Assembly (NCBI RefSeq): GCF_006345805.1 | Contig: NW_021832175.1 | Location: 1-31,684, forward strand | DNA: 31,684 nt | From: Octopus sinensis | Lineage: Eukaryota | Reading direction: 5' to 3' | Shown: piece by piece, positions 10,450 to 21,358 of the stretch | Layout of the letters: every line of letters begins with the position of its first letter | How positions within the stretch are numbered: the stretch's first letter is position 1 | Notes under the pieces: generated by a model | Told to the model about the DNA's origin: nothing | Databases searched by the model: none | Seen by the model: only the letters and a program-made list of their open reading frames with translations | Program-made: the position numbers and the translations under genes

Positions 10450-11020
10450 TGCTCCGGTGATAATGACGATAATGCTGATGATGTTGATGATGATGATGAT
10501 GATAATGATCGATATCATCGTCATCATCGTCATGGAAGTGGCCGCCGCCTCCGTCCTCGTCGTCGTCGTCGTTGTGGTGATTGTCCTCACCGTGGCCTTG
10601 GTGTCGTGAACCTAAATCCATGAAGAGAGCCGACCATCTACACCAGCGCACACTCACCTACACATACACACGGACACGCAAACACGCACATACACACATA
10701 CACATGCACACACACGGACATGCAAACACATGTACACACACATACACACACATACACACACACATACACACATACATACACACGCACATGCACACGCACA
10801 TACACACACAAGCGTAGACACACACGCATACACACACATACACACACACATACACACATACATACACACGCAAATGCACACGCACATACACACACAAGCG
10901 CAGACACACACGCATACACACACATACACACACAAGGAGACACAAACACCCGCACGCACACACACGTACATACACAGACACTCAAACACACACACGCGCG
11001 CAAACACGCACACACATCAA
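10450..11020. repeat. (GAT)n/(CGT)n cryptic repeat followed by (CA)n microsatellite
   Basis: Seen directly; explains the H/T and V/C ORFs. Confidence 0.93.
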
Positions 11021-11314
11021 GATATATATCTTAGCTTTGCGTATGAAATCCTTAAACATGATATATGGCTTCTTGCTTCGAATAACGACCACCAACGTCC
11101 CATACACAAAGCACTGACACACTATCACTCACTCACACACATAATGTTAATAAAACACACACACATCTTAACTCCAAAACCTTTTACACATATAAATAAA
11201 TATTCATTCCATATATTCCCAATGCTCGATATTTGTTCTCCCTTAAGCTGGATACATAACAGAAAGTAATACCGTTCCAAAAGGAAGTCGGAGAGTTCGA
11301 ACCCTTGCCGTTAC

Positions 11315-11396
11315 TTATATGTGCTATCTAGTACCGAGGTTGCATTTACGACTGCTAAATCTTCATCAAATCGCACTTCGGTCTCCTTCTTTAAAC
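11315..11396 (-). CDS. Possible 82-nt internal coding exon (GLKKETEVRFDEDLAVVNATSVLDSTYK)
   Basis: Minus-strand acceptor ctttgctcttctag, donor gtaacg, one open frame. No homology recognised, so it may be chance. Confidence 0.25.
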
Positions 11397-11814
11397 CTAG
11401 AAGAGCAAAGGCCCAACAGCATATCTTTGTGGTGCACCTGATATTGGTAAAGATGAGGATCGGTTTTGAACCAAGAATGATATGGTTTCTAGTCATGTTA
11501 GAAATAGTAACTAAGTCTCCCTCGAAAAGCTTCTCGAATTAATTTTAAACTTCAAAGGACGAGGAATCAAGGACACGTCTATGTATTCGCACTTGGTGTT
11601 GGTAAAGAAACGGATAAAGTAGGACATGAATTAGTTAGTTGGATATTTAACCAGTCGACTAATAATAAGGGAGTGAAATTGGACCAGTGCGTGTGTTAAT
11701 AATATTGGCATTATGACTCTCTCTACAAAAAATTTGTTTCAACATAAGAATTCACACAAATAATCTTGCACACCAGATACAAAAGCGAAGTACACACACA
11801 CACACACACACAAC

Positions 11815-11859
<45 letters not shown>

Positions 11860-11936
11860 TATATATATAAAACTTACTTGGAAGAGGATGCGTGGCGTTC
11901 AATCATATAATAATATAATAATATATATATTATGCA

Positions 11937-12570
11937 TATATATATGCATATATACATACGTATATGTACATACTTACATCTATACGTATATATATATATA
12001 TATATTAGTATATGTGGGCATAGGACGTCACGAAATGTGCATAACAAAAAATACGAAGTACGAGTACATGGAATATGAAATATTTTTCGAACAACGAAAG
12101 ACACAAATGGAAAACAAGACAAACAGCATGTCTATCTCTTGTCCTAGCGTGATTTACGCGTTCGCCACTACAATCCCGTTTAGGCTTAGCAGCCCTTTCT
12201 GTTTATTTTCACTGTCCTGTTTGTGTTAACAATTTTGACCCTCCGCAAAATACCCAATTTTATTTAATTTGCGTTGCGGGAGCAACTGTTATATCGAAAG
12301 CGTATATTGTTGTTAAATACTCGAAATACGAGAGTAGAAAAACAGCCAACAACTGATGAAGGGTCGTTCTTTAAGTTGTTTGTCTTGTTTTTTATTTGTG
12401 CCTTTTGTTGCTCGAAAAAATAATTCATATTCCATGTACTCGTACTTTGTATTTTTTCTGCTGTACACGTTTTGTGACGTCCTGTGCTCACATATGCATA
12501 TATATATATATATATACATGTTTATAGATGTAAGTATGTACATATACGTATGTATATATGCATATATATA
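11937..12570. mobile_element. Fold-back repeat with ~190-bp inverted arms and ~250-bp spacer
   Basis: Arms 11937-12125 and 12377-12570 are reverse complements. The outer 46 nt are identical; the inner part is diverged. Confidence 0.8.
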
Positions 12571-12651
12571 TAATTTATACTATATATATATATATATATA
12601 CATATAAAAGTAAATAAATGGCACAACGAAGCACACATATATATGTATGTA

Positions 12652-12745
12652 CTGGGGTAGGTTTGCTCAACAAAGAAACCCTTTAAGGTGACGATCCAGA
12701 ATGGCCGCAGCTCAGTGAATGAAATACATAAAGGATTAAAGAAAA
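12652..12745 (+). mobile_element. Diverged SINE-B-like 3' tail
   Basis: CTGGGGTAGGTTTGCTCAAC...CCAGAATGGCCGCAG resembles the SINE-B tail. Confidence 0.55.
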
Positions 12746-13299
12746 TAAGAGAAGAATGACAGAATAATAAAGCTTATTTTGATAAGAGTAACCAGAATTA
12801 AATGAAATAATTCTATAGCGTAATTTCTTTGAAATTGATTCACCTTTGGAGATTTCTATAGGTGAATTGTGTGCGGTTAACATTGCTTTCATTCGCCATT
12901 GAAAGCAAGTCACTTTTGTCCTTCATGTACGAGTCTTGATCTGTGTTTAATCTACAAGCTATTATCTCGAAGGCATTCTTCTTTTAAGCCGTGTTAATTA
13001 TCGACGAACACAGATGAATCCACAAACATTAAGAAATGAAGATTTGTGCAAGCATCGCATGAGTATAGAATCAGCCGATCAAAGCCTTGAGAGTGAATTT
13101 TGTGGTCGGAAACTGTTTGGAATCCCGTTGTATGTGTGTTCTCTTCTAGTTTTTTATTATTATAAATGTTCCACTGAGGAGGGAGCCGGTTTCCAACAAA
13201 GGCTCCATCTTTGGGATGTTGTTAACACAGAGAAATTCACTTTCTGAAATTGAGAAAAGTCTTGCATATTTTTACTGTTCCACTCACAGATTGGATTTG

Positions 13300-13585
13300 T
13301 AATGTATGTATGTATGATTGCATGTATGTATGTATGTATATATGTATGTATGATTGCTTCTATGTATGTATGTATGTATGTATGTATGCATGCATGTATG
13401 TATGTATGTATGTATGTATGTGTGTATGTATATATGTATGTATGATTGCTTGTATGTATGTATGATTGCTTGTATGTATTTATGATTTCTTGTTTGTATG
13501 TATGTATGTATATATGTATGTATATATGTATGTATATGTGTATGTGTGTGTGTATGCGTGTAAATATATATGTGTGTGTGTGTCT
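13300..13585. repeat. (TATG)n microsatellite
   Basis: Seen directly. Confidence 0.95.
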
Positions 13586-13599
13586 TTGCTCTTGTGTTA

Positions 13600-13775
13600 C
13601 TTGTCCTTTCTCTACCACTTCACATCCGGTGTGGGTTGTTTTACGTCCCCGTAACTTCGCAGTCCAGCAACATGAGGAAGACACAGTAAGCAGAGGTGTG
13701 AATTTCTTCAAAGAAATTTCTTGAAGCCTGTGCCCTAGCATGGCTGCAGTCTACTGACTGAAACAAATATAAGAA
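13600..13775 (+). mobile_element. Diverged SINE-B-related 3' half
   Basis: TTTACGTCCCCGTAACTT and AGCATGGCTGCAGTC...GACTGAAACAAA are shared with SINE-B. Confidence 0.65.
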
Positions 13776-13888
13776 GATAAATAAAAAAAGACAAATGCAA
13801 GAAGATAAAAGGAAATAAAAGACGATTGATATTGATTATTAAAAGTCTGTCTGTTTGTTTGTTTGTCTCTGCCTTTGTATTTGTGTGT

Positions 13889-13928
<40 letters not shown>

Positions 13929-13932
<4 letters not shown>

Positions 13933-14118
13933 TAATAGTTATCGCCATACTAATATGGTAGTCTATAAATATAAGACTAAAGCTGTCGCTGATTAGCTCC
14001 AAGACAGCTTTAGTCTTATATTTATAGACTACCATATTAGTATGGCGATAACTATTAATATCCAGTAACGCTGCCGTAATCTCCTTTAGAGAGACTTAGT
14101 AAATTTAATATTTCTATT
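13929..14118 (+). mobile_element. (TA)n-flanked element with a perfect 59-bp inverted repeat
   Basis: Arms 13929-13987 and 14003-14061 are exact, with a 15-nt spacer. Sequence continues to AATATTTCTATT and then (TA)n. Confidence 0.7.
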
Positions 14119-14222
14119 ATATATATATATACTTTGATACTTTGATACTTTGATAGGTTTCGGCCATTATTGGCCCAGGCCATGTCTAACTTAATAGCAT
14201 ATATATATAAATATGTATGTAT

Positions 14223-14284
<62 letters not shown>

Positions 14285-14721
14285 AGAAGATATCAGAGGC
14301 TTGTATTGTGTCAGGCTTCTGCCTTAATTTAATCAAGTTACCTGACAGATTTCTAACCAGAATTCTTTATTAAATGAGATAAGTTAAGGCAAGTTAAACT
14401 TTGATTTTACATTCACAATGAAATAGCTTTTCATTTAATCATCTCCGGAAGCTCCTCAACTGAGAGAAATATTTGTCGTCAAAGGTTACACCTTTTGATG
14501 CTCAATTATTTTTATTTCCACGATAATCCAAAGTTAATCCAGTGATAATGCTTGATAATCCAATTAACAGTTTGACTTATGTGAATCGGACTACTGAGTA
14601 TTCATATTCATCGTCGAAAGTGACGGAAATCCATTTTGTTACACTGCTCCTTGAGAGGAGTTTATTCGATCAAATCCAGTTCCATTATTCATTGCGTCTC
14701 TTCCTTGTATTAGCGAATCTA

Positions 14722-15298
14722 TTGGGTTTTCCGGAAAGTTTTGTGCCGATTTATAGCAGCTTACCTTTCGACTTATTTTATAACACATTTGAGTCCATAA
14801 AAATAGGATTTGACTACACCTCCATTTAAAGCACAGTTTAAGCTATCTTTTCGTGGAAGAAGGTTTATGTTCCTATAACCTGTGTTAATTCTGTAACCCT
14901 TTAAAATGGAAGATAAGAAAGTTCATTTTCGGCACTTGATGCTTTTCTTTTTCCGTAAAGGGAAAAATGCCTCACAAGCAAACAAAGAAATATGCGCAGT
15001 TTACGGTGATGTTTCTTTATCCGAAAGAACTGTACGGAAATGGTTGGCAAGGTTCCGAGCTGGAGATTGTAGCCTTATTGATAAAGAGCGATCAGGCAGA
15101 CCATCCACTACAGATGATGACCAAATCAAATCATTAATTGAGAATAACCCACATTGCACAACCCGAGAATTGGCAGAAAGCCTCATCCTATCAAACTCCG
15201 TTGTTCATGAGCACCTGTTAAAACTTAGGTAATGGCAAGTATTTATTGACCTTCTTCTTTTCTTTAAAAAATCGGCACTAATTTTCCGGACAACCCAA
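14722..15298 (+). mobile_element. Internally deleted mariner transposon with both TIRs and TA target duplication
   Basis: 5' TA|TTGGGTTTTCCGGAAAGTTTTGTGCCGATTT (TA at 14720-14721) and 3' AATCGGCACTAATTTTCCGGACAACCCAA|TA (TA at 15299-15300). Confidence 0.92.
14906..15232 (+). CDS. Truncated mariner transposase, N-terminal bipartite HTH DNA-binding domain only (108 aa)
   Basis: HFRHLMLFFFRKGKNASQA...RSGRP...TTRELAE is typical of mellifera-like mariner N-termini. No DD34D domain; after the stop the sequence jumps to the terminal NGKY codons. Confidence 0.85.
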   Translation: MEDKKVHFRHLMLFFFRKGKNASQANKEICAVYGDVSLSERTVRKWLARFRAGDCSLIDKERSGRPSTTDDDQIKSLIENNPHCTTRELAESLILSNSVVHEHLLKLR

Positions 15299-16037
15299 TA
15301 TTTTCAAACTGTTACGTCGATGGACCTAAATAAAAGCATCTTTATTTGACGCGACAGCAACTTTGTGACCGAAACCGGGACAATGTGCTTATTAATGTAC
15401 GTATGTGTGTGCATATGCGAGTATGCATGTATCTTTCTATGCATATACATATAGAGTTATATATGTAAGTAAAGAAAGCAAGGCGAATGCAAGTCGAACT
15501 AACCGACAGGAGACCGAAAACGAAATGGTTGGGTAATATCCGAAATCGGAGTTGTTCACGGTTGGGAATCTGGTTGAAAAGTCAATGGTGGTTGCTTCCG
15601 AAAGGATTATATTAAAAAGTGCCCTGAGGACTTGACTCCTACGTTCCCACAACCCTCCAAGCAAAGTAGGCGAAGAAGAGCATATATATTGCATATATAT
15701 TTTGTATACACCATTCATGCCCACACACATAAATATATACATATCTTAATATATAAAACTGAGAATGTGTGTCTGTCTATCTGTCTGTGTGAATCTCTAA
15801 ACCTCGAGAACTACCCAACAGATTTCATTCAAAATGTACACATGCCTCACTTAGGGTCTATGCGGTGTCATGGGCCAAAACCGTTTTCAGCTTCTTGCCT
15901 AATACGAGCCCGGAGCAATCTCTTATCTCTTACACTATTTCAGTATTATGTGTCAAAAGTGAAACAATAACATCTCTATTGTAATGTGAAATAATACTTT
16001 TAGTTTAAAAGTTTTACCATTAATACTGAAACTATTA

Positions 16038-16039
<2 letters not shown>

Positions 16040-16106
<67 letters not shown>

Positions 16107-16185
16107 CACTACTACTACAACAACAACCACACACATGTGCGTGTTTGTGCAAGTGCTTGTGTGTGTGAATGTGTGTGTGTGTTTT
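16040..16185. repeat. (TAC)n and (TG)n microsatellite
   Basis: Seen directly. Confidence 0.93.
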
Positions 16186-16400
16186 TGTTTATGCTTGATC
16201 CCTTACTACTGCTTGGAAACCTACGTCGGTTTTTCTCCACGCTCGAATAAACCCGAGGGTCCGCAAACAGCACAATATTATTAAGTGTCAGACGGCCATA
16301 AGAAAACGTAGGTACCTGGGTTGATTTCTACAATTGAAGAAACTACTAGGTCCTGCCCCAGCATGACCACAGTCCAAAGACTGAAACAAGTAAAGGACGA
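16186..16400 (+). mobile_element. Old SINE-B-related 3' half
   Basis: Ends CCCCAGCATGACCACAGTCCAAAGACTGAAACAAGTAAAG. Confidence 0.6.
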
Positions 16401-17234
16401 GAAAATGAAAGATGTACGCGACTCTATATTATGTTTCATAAACATCAAATTTGCGTATATTTTATTTCACTCTCATGTAATATTAAGCCATTCTCACTCA
16501 ACAACAAAAACAACACGATGTCAATATTTAACCGGAAGGCACTGTACGTTGTTAACCTTATTTAACAGGAGAGCTTTCACCTTAATTATCCTCAGTTAAC
16601 CAGTTCCGGATGTGTCTCTGTTTCTGTATTCCATTCTTCTTATTTATTAAATTTCCTTTTATTCTTGTTTTTTTTTATTTGCCAAAGGGCTAAATAGATT
16701 TTATTTTTACATATTTATAACTGTTATTATGTTTGCTCTTAGTTCATTCGTTTTGTTTTTAACTTGTGTTATGCCCTTCAGCAAGAATAATTGAGAGAAG
16801 AGGAGGGGAAGAAGAGAAAGGGAAAGAAGAGGATGAAAAGGAGAAAGGGAAGAAGAAGAAAAACGTAGATAGAAGTTATTGTTGAACATAAATTCTTTAC
16901 AAATCAATATTATTATTTATATTATCTGACAGACAGAGAAAAGTTTCTTATGAAAACTGAATTAGTTTTGTATTTTATTCAGATCTTGAATATATGATAT
17001 ACAACGCTTTTCGCCCTATATTAACATCAATAGATTTAGTTCGATTTTCGTTTAATATTACCAATTGGGACTGATGCAATTACGATAATCAAAGAAAATA
17101 CGTAAAATACAAAAAAAAAAAAGGGTTTTTTTTTTCTTTTCCATATTAACATTTAAAAGGTTATCAATTCTATTAACCCTTCAATATATTATAATTCCAA
17201 TCACATATAAATAAACGTGTCTGATTGTCTGCCT

Positions 17235-17401
17235 CTATGTATGTATGTATGTATGTATGTATGTATGTATGTATATGTATGTATGTATGCATGTATGTAT
17301 GTATGTATGTATATATATATATGTACATATGTATGTATGTATGTATGTATGTATATGTATGTTTGTATGTATGTATGTGTGTATGTAAGTATGTATGTAT
17401 G

Positions 17402-17433
<32 letters not shown>

Positions 17434-17465
17434 TGTATGTATGTATGTATGTATGTATGTATGGA
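17235..17465. repeat. (TATG)n microsatellite
   Basis: Seen directly. Confidence 0.95.
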
Positions 17466-17704
17466 CAGATGTATGTAGATATTTAATTTCGAAGATTTAT
17501 CGTTCCAACTTATGAAAAGTCGGTGTAAGCTAACGGTTCCTAAGTGGGAACGATGGATATTTCATGAGACATTTAACTTCCAGGGAAAATTAAAATGTGT
17601 ACATCATATTCTTCTTCCCCGTCCCCCTTCCTTTCTTTTTCTTCTCCTCCACCTCCCCCATGTCTCCTTTTTAATCTCTAATAAACCCTAGACGTAATAA
17701 ACAA

Positions 17705-17918
17705 TGGTTTCGAAATTTGGCATCGTCCCAGCCATTGTTATGGAGGGAGTAAGTCGGTTACATCGCCTCCAGAGCTCGAATGCTACTTATTTTATCGGAC
17801 CCGAACGGAGAAATGGCAAAGTCGACCGCGGCGGAATTAGAACTCAGAACGGAAAGACGGATGAAATGCACTGTGCATTTTTCCCGGCATGCTAGCGTTT
17901 CTGTCAGCTCGCTCCTTA
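17705..17918 (-). mobile_element. SINE with family-A head and alternative 3' tail
   Basis: Minus strand AAGGAGCGAGCTGACAGAAACGCTAGC...GAGTTCTAATTCCGCCGCGGTCGACTTTGCC matches the head at 5423; the tail differs. Confidence 0.85.
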
Positions 17919-17936
17919 GCCCAGATAAATTATGCC

Positions 17937-18121
17937 TTCAAATGTTGACAGGGGACCAGTAATTTCAGGGGAAGGAACGAGTGGATTATATATCGACCCC
18001 AGTGCTTGTCTGGTACTTATTCTATCGATTCCGAAAGGATGAAAGGAAAGGTCAACCTCATCGGAATTCGAACTCAGAACGTAAAGACGGACGAAGCGCC
18101 GTTATGCACATTGCCCGGCGT
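17937..18121 (-). mobile_element. Second SINE with family-A head and alternative tail
   Basis: Minus strand TTACGTTCTGAGTTCGAATTCCGATGAGGTTGACC...GGGGTCGATA. Confidence 0.8.
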
Positions 18122-18144
18122 CGTGTGTGGTAAGCTACTTACCA

Positions 18145-18295
<151 letters not shown>

Positions 18296-18470
18296 CATTT
18301 GACAGGTTTCTTTCAGTTTCCGTTAACCAAATCCAGCCACAGAGCTTTGGTTGGCCCGAGACTATAGTATGACACTTGTTCAAGGTTCCATGCAGTGGGG
18401 ATGAACCCAGAGCCATGTGGTTGGGAAGCAAGCTTCTTAGCACACAGCCAAGCTTGCACCAAATAGCCAT
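18296..18470 (-). mobile_element. SINE family B, 5' half
   Basis: Minus strand TGGCTGTGTGCTAAGAAGCTTGCTTCCCAACCACATGG...GGAAACTGAAAGAAACCTGTC. Confidence 0.85.
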
Positions 18471-19164
18471 CCCTGCGCCCATGACATGTGCATTATCAAA
18501 ATAGATTACTTATTGTTCTATAACACAAAGATCAATCTCGTGGGTTTTGTGGAGCGGAGATATGTAGAGATTTGTTGCCGAAATTAAGTAAAACATTATT
18601 GCTTCCCTTAGAAGTGTGCTTCGGATAAATTTATATTATGCTTACGGTCAACCAATCATCGCCATTCCTGAGAGAATGTGGCCATCTAGCCCATAGCATT
18701 TCTGGATGTTAAAGTCACCCGTGGAAAGCGTATTAATACGCTGATATAGTTTGATTAATACCTCTCCTATCTTCCTGGGTATCTGTTCAAGTTATTTATT
18801 ATTATCTCTTTGTGAAAGATTGGTTGTAGATGGAACTTAATCAAATGGCTTCATCTATATTCCTGCAGAACAAAAAAGAAACCATTATTTTTTTTTATAT
18901 TTTTTTCCCTGATGTTTCCTGACCTCCACCTCACATAATGCCCTTTACAGGGTTCGAGTATAGTTTCACGAGGGCCTAGCAACGAGTAAATTCTTTCATT
19001 TTTTGTTCTCCATTCGTGAATTGGTAAAGAATCCGTAGCTATTCATTTCGACAACAACAACCCCAAAAAAACAAAAATATCTGTTCGGAATTTGTTTTTT
19101 CATAAACCATATATTTAGAAAATGGCGAAAATTTTCACACTTCCAATTATAGTTTGCTATGATT

Positions 19165-19320
19165 TTCATCATCATCATCATCATCATCATCATCTTTTTC
19201 TTCTTGTTTTTCTTGTTGTTGTTGTTGTTGTTGTTGTTGTTATTTTTCTTCTTCTTCTTCTTCTTCTTCTTCTTCTTCTTCTTCTTCTTCTTCTTCTTCT
19301 TCTTCTTCTTCTTCTCTTTC
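19165..19320. repeat. (CAT)n/(GTT)n/(CTT)n microsatellite
   Basis: Seen directly. Confidence 0.95.
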
Positions 19321-19850
19321 CTTCCCACTGCCTCCCCTTGAAAATGGCTCATGTCAAAAGAAATTCCCAAAAGAACTACAGATATGAAACGCTTCTGAAT
19401 TTGAATGGCCATCCGGAGTACAGAAGACGCAATACTGGAGCCACAGTTCAAGTTGGACGTCACTCAGGTTGACAATAGGAACGTTGTGCCATACAATGCC
19501 TACTTGCTGAAAAAGTGCAGAGCTCACAATAATGTAGAAATTTGTTCATCCTCGAAAAGCATTAAATATATCTTCAAGAATGTGCACAAGGGACATGACT
19601 GTGCTTTTGTTGAAGTTAGAGACAACCCAGCGGCAGATCGTGAGCAGAATCAAGGCCACGATGAAATTACTAATTATCTTGCTTGCCGATATGTTTCTCC
19701 TCTTCGGAAGCTATGTGGAGACCGTCAGCGGTCAAGCTACATGACACATCTCACACTACATCTGGATGACCAGATGCAGTACATCTGGAAGACCAGCAAA
19801 GTGTTTACTTTCACAGAGGCAGCGCTCAGTAAGCTGCTCAGACACAGATT
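19321..19850 (+). mobile_element. Helitron Rep-helicase coding fragment (frameshifted pseudogene)
   Basis: With frameshifts it reads ENGSCQKKFPK / ETLLNLNGHPEYRRR / VDNRNVVPYNAYLLKKCRAHNNVEIC..SIKYIFKNVHKGHD / DEITNYLACRYVSP / EAMWR / VHLEDQQSVYF. These are the conserved motifs following the Helitron Rep core. Confidence 0.9.
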
Positions 19851-19854
19851 TTTA

Positions 19855-20436
19855 AAATTCAGATTGGGTGGTATTGAACCCAGTGCTCCGATGACAATAG
19901 GCATAAACTATGCTGGCATTGCTTGTCTCTGTCTAGGATTTCCTGCCTCTGCTCTTCCCTTATCCTCTGCCTGTAGAGCCCCATTCCCGCGCGAGAAGCT
20001 TCCAGTTTTTGTTGCCAGTTCATGAAGAATGCAGTTTATAAGCACAAAAGAAATGTTCGACTCTCGTAGCTGCCACATCTTAGCAATCTCAATTCTCAGG
20101 TCTCCATATTTATCAACCCTTTCTCTTTCTTTCATGTTGATATATTGATCCTGGTACTGCCACGTCGATTATAAAGCACTCTTGTTTGTCCCTCCTAAAA
20201 GTTACTATATCCTGCTTTCTGTTCCCTAAAGCCTCGTTCGTCTGGAAACCAAATTCCCAGAGGATTTTTGCCTTCCCCTTATCGTTCATCACCTTTTTCG
20301 GCGTATGTTGGTACCAAGCACCCGTAACTTCATATCCATTATATACGGCATAGTAACCAGTGAAGCTTTTGGGCTACTTTGTTGCGTCTGCGCTTGTACA
20401 CTTTCTGCGCAATCAAGACTTTCTCTTTCTGCGCAG
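19855..20436 (-). mobile_element. Non-LTR retrotransposon C-terminal fragment with restriction-like endonuclease (R4/Dong-like)
   Basis: Minus strand AQKVYKRRRNKVAQKLHWLLC / WYQHTPKKV..KILWEFGFQT..NRKQDIV..CFIIDVAVPG / KERERVDKYGDLRIEIAKMW / PIVIGALGSIP, with stops, frameshifts and a 134-bp insertion. Confidence 0.88.
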
Positions 20437-20456
20437 TATTATTATTATTATTATTA

Positions 20457-20516
<60 letters not shown>

Positions 20517-20621
20517 CAAAATGCTACTGCATGCTAATTTAGTTATCATGTATTTTATGTTGAGGTTTGGTGACAACAAATCACTATTATCATCATTATT
20601 GTTATTATTGTTGTTGTTATT

Positions 20622-20653
<32 letters not shown>

Positions 20654-20680
20654 CATCATCATTATTATTATTATTATGTG
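20437..20680. repeat. (TAT)n microsatellites
   Basis: Seen directly; abuts the LINE 5' truncation point. Confidence 0.95.
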
Positions 20681-21166
20681 CATGCTATCTATTTGTTTTC
20701 GCATTTATTTATGGTGTATGTGTGGAAAAACAAGACAGTTAAAAGGTTTGAAGGATAGTTGTGACTAACGATATTTCGTTTAAAGGAGATAATATTTCCT
20801 TTCGCAAATGAATTCAAAAAAATAAATAAACTATTCTATAAAGAAATAAAGAAATTAAATACAGAGAATCGACAAGAGAAAACAATTAGCGAACGCTGTT
20901 CTTGGTTTTTCAAACCGGAAGCTTTAGCTATAATTTTAAAACTATTCCATCAAAAATGCCGCAATATTGTAACAGTATTAAATATCTAATATCTGTCAAG
21001 GTGGTTTTACTATTATTTTTGAGTCATGGAAATGCTAAAGTATCGTTATTATGACTAAAATTTTTGTAGCAGGAAGAATATTAATGTAACGACTGGTTAA
21101 TTGCCATATTAATTTAGATTTTAGAAATAAAATAAAAAGATGGATGCCACTTGTCTACGACAACTA

Positions 21167-21340
21167 GGCGAAGGCGTGGCTGCGTGGTAAGAAGTTTGCC
21201 TACCAATCTCGTGGTTTTAAGTTCAGGCCATGACCCACTGCATGCGACTTGCGGCGAGTGTCTTCTAATACAGGTTCGGGACAACTAAAGGCTTGTGAAT
21301 GGATTTGGTAGACGGCAATGGAAAGCAGCCCGTATATTAT
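21167..21340 (+). mobile_element. SINE family B, diverged 5' half
   Basis: GGCGAAGGCGTGGCTGCGTGGTAAG...GGATTTGGTAGACGG...GCAGCCCGTA. Confidence 0.85.
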
Positions 21341-21358
21341 ATATACATACATACATAC

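Noticed and set aside
12353-12380. CTGATGA hammerhead-like start
   Set aside because: No GAAA or cleavage triplet follows, so it is not called a ribozyme.
16561-16600. Minus-strand CTGAGGA...GAAAGCTC hammerhead-like pattern
   Set aside because: Stems I and II do not pair.
18951-18985. 35-nt micro-exon candidate (branch-like CTGAC, acceptor tttacag, donor gtaaat)
   Set aside because: Too short to distinguish from chance without transcript data.
19405-20025. 206-aa ORF as a single gene
   Set aside because: A read-through of Helitron frames into the antisense strand of a LINE; only the central part is genuine Helitron protein.
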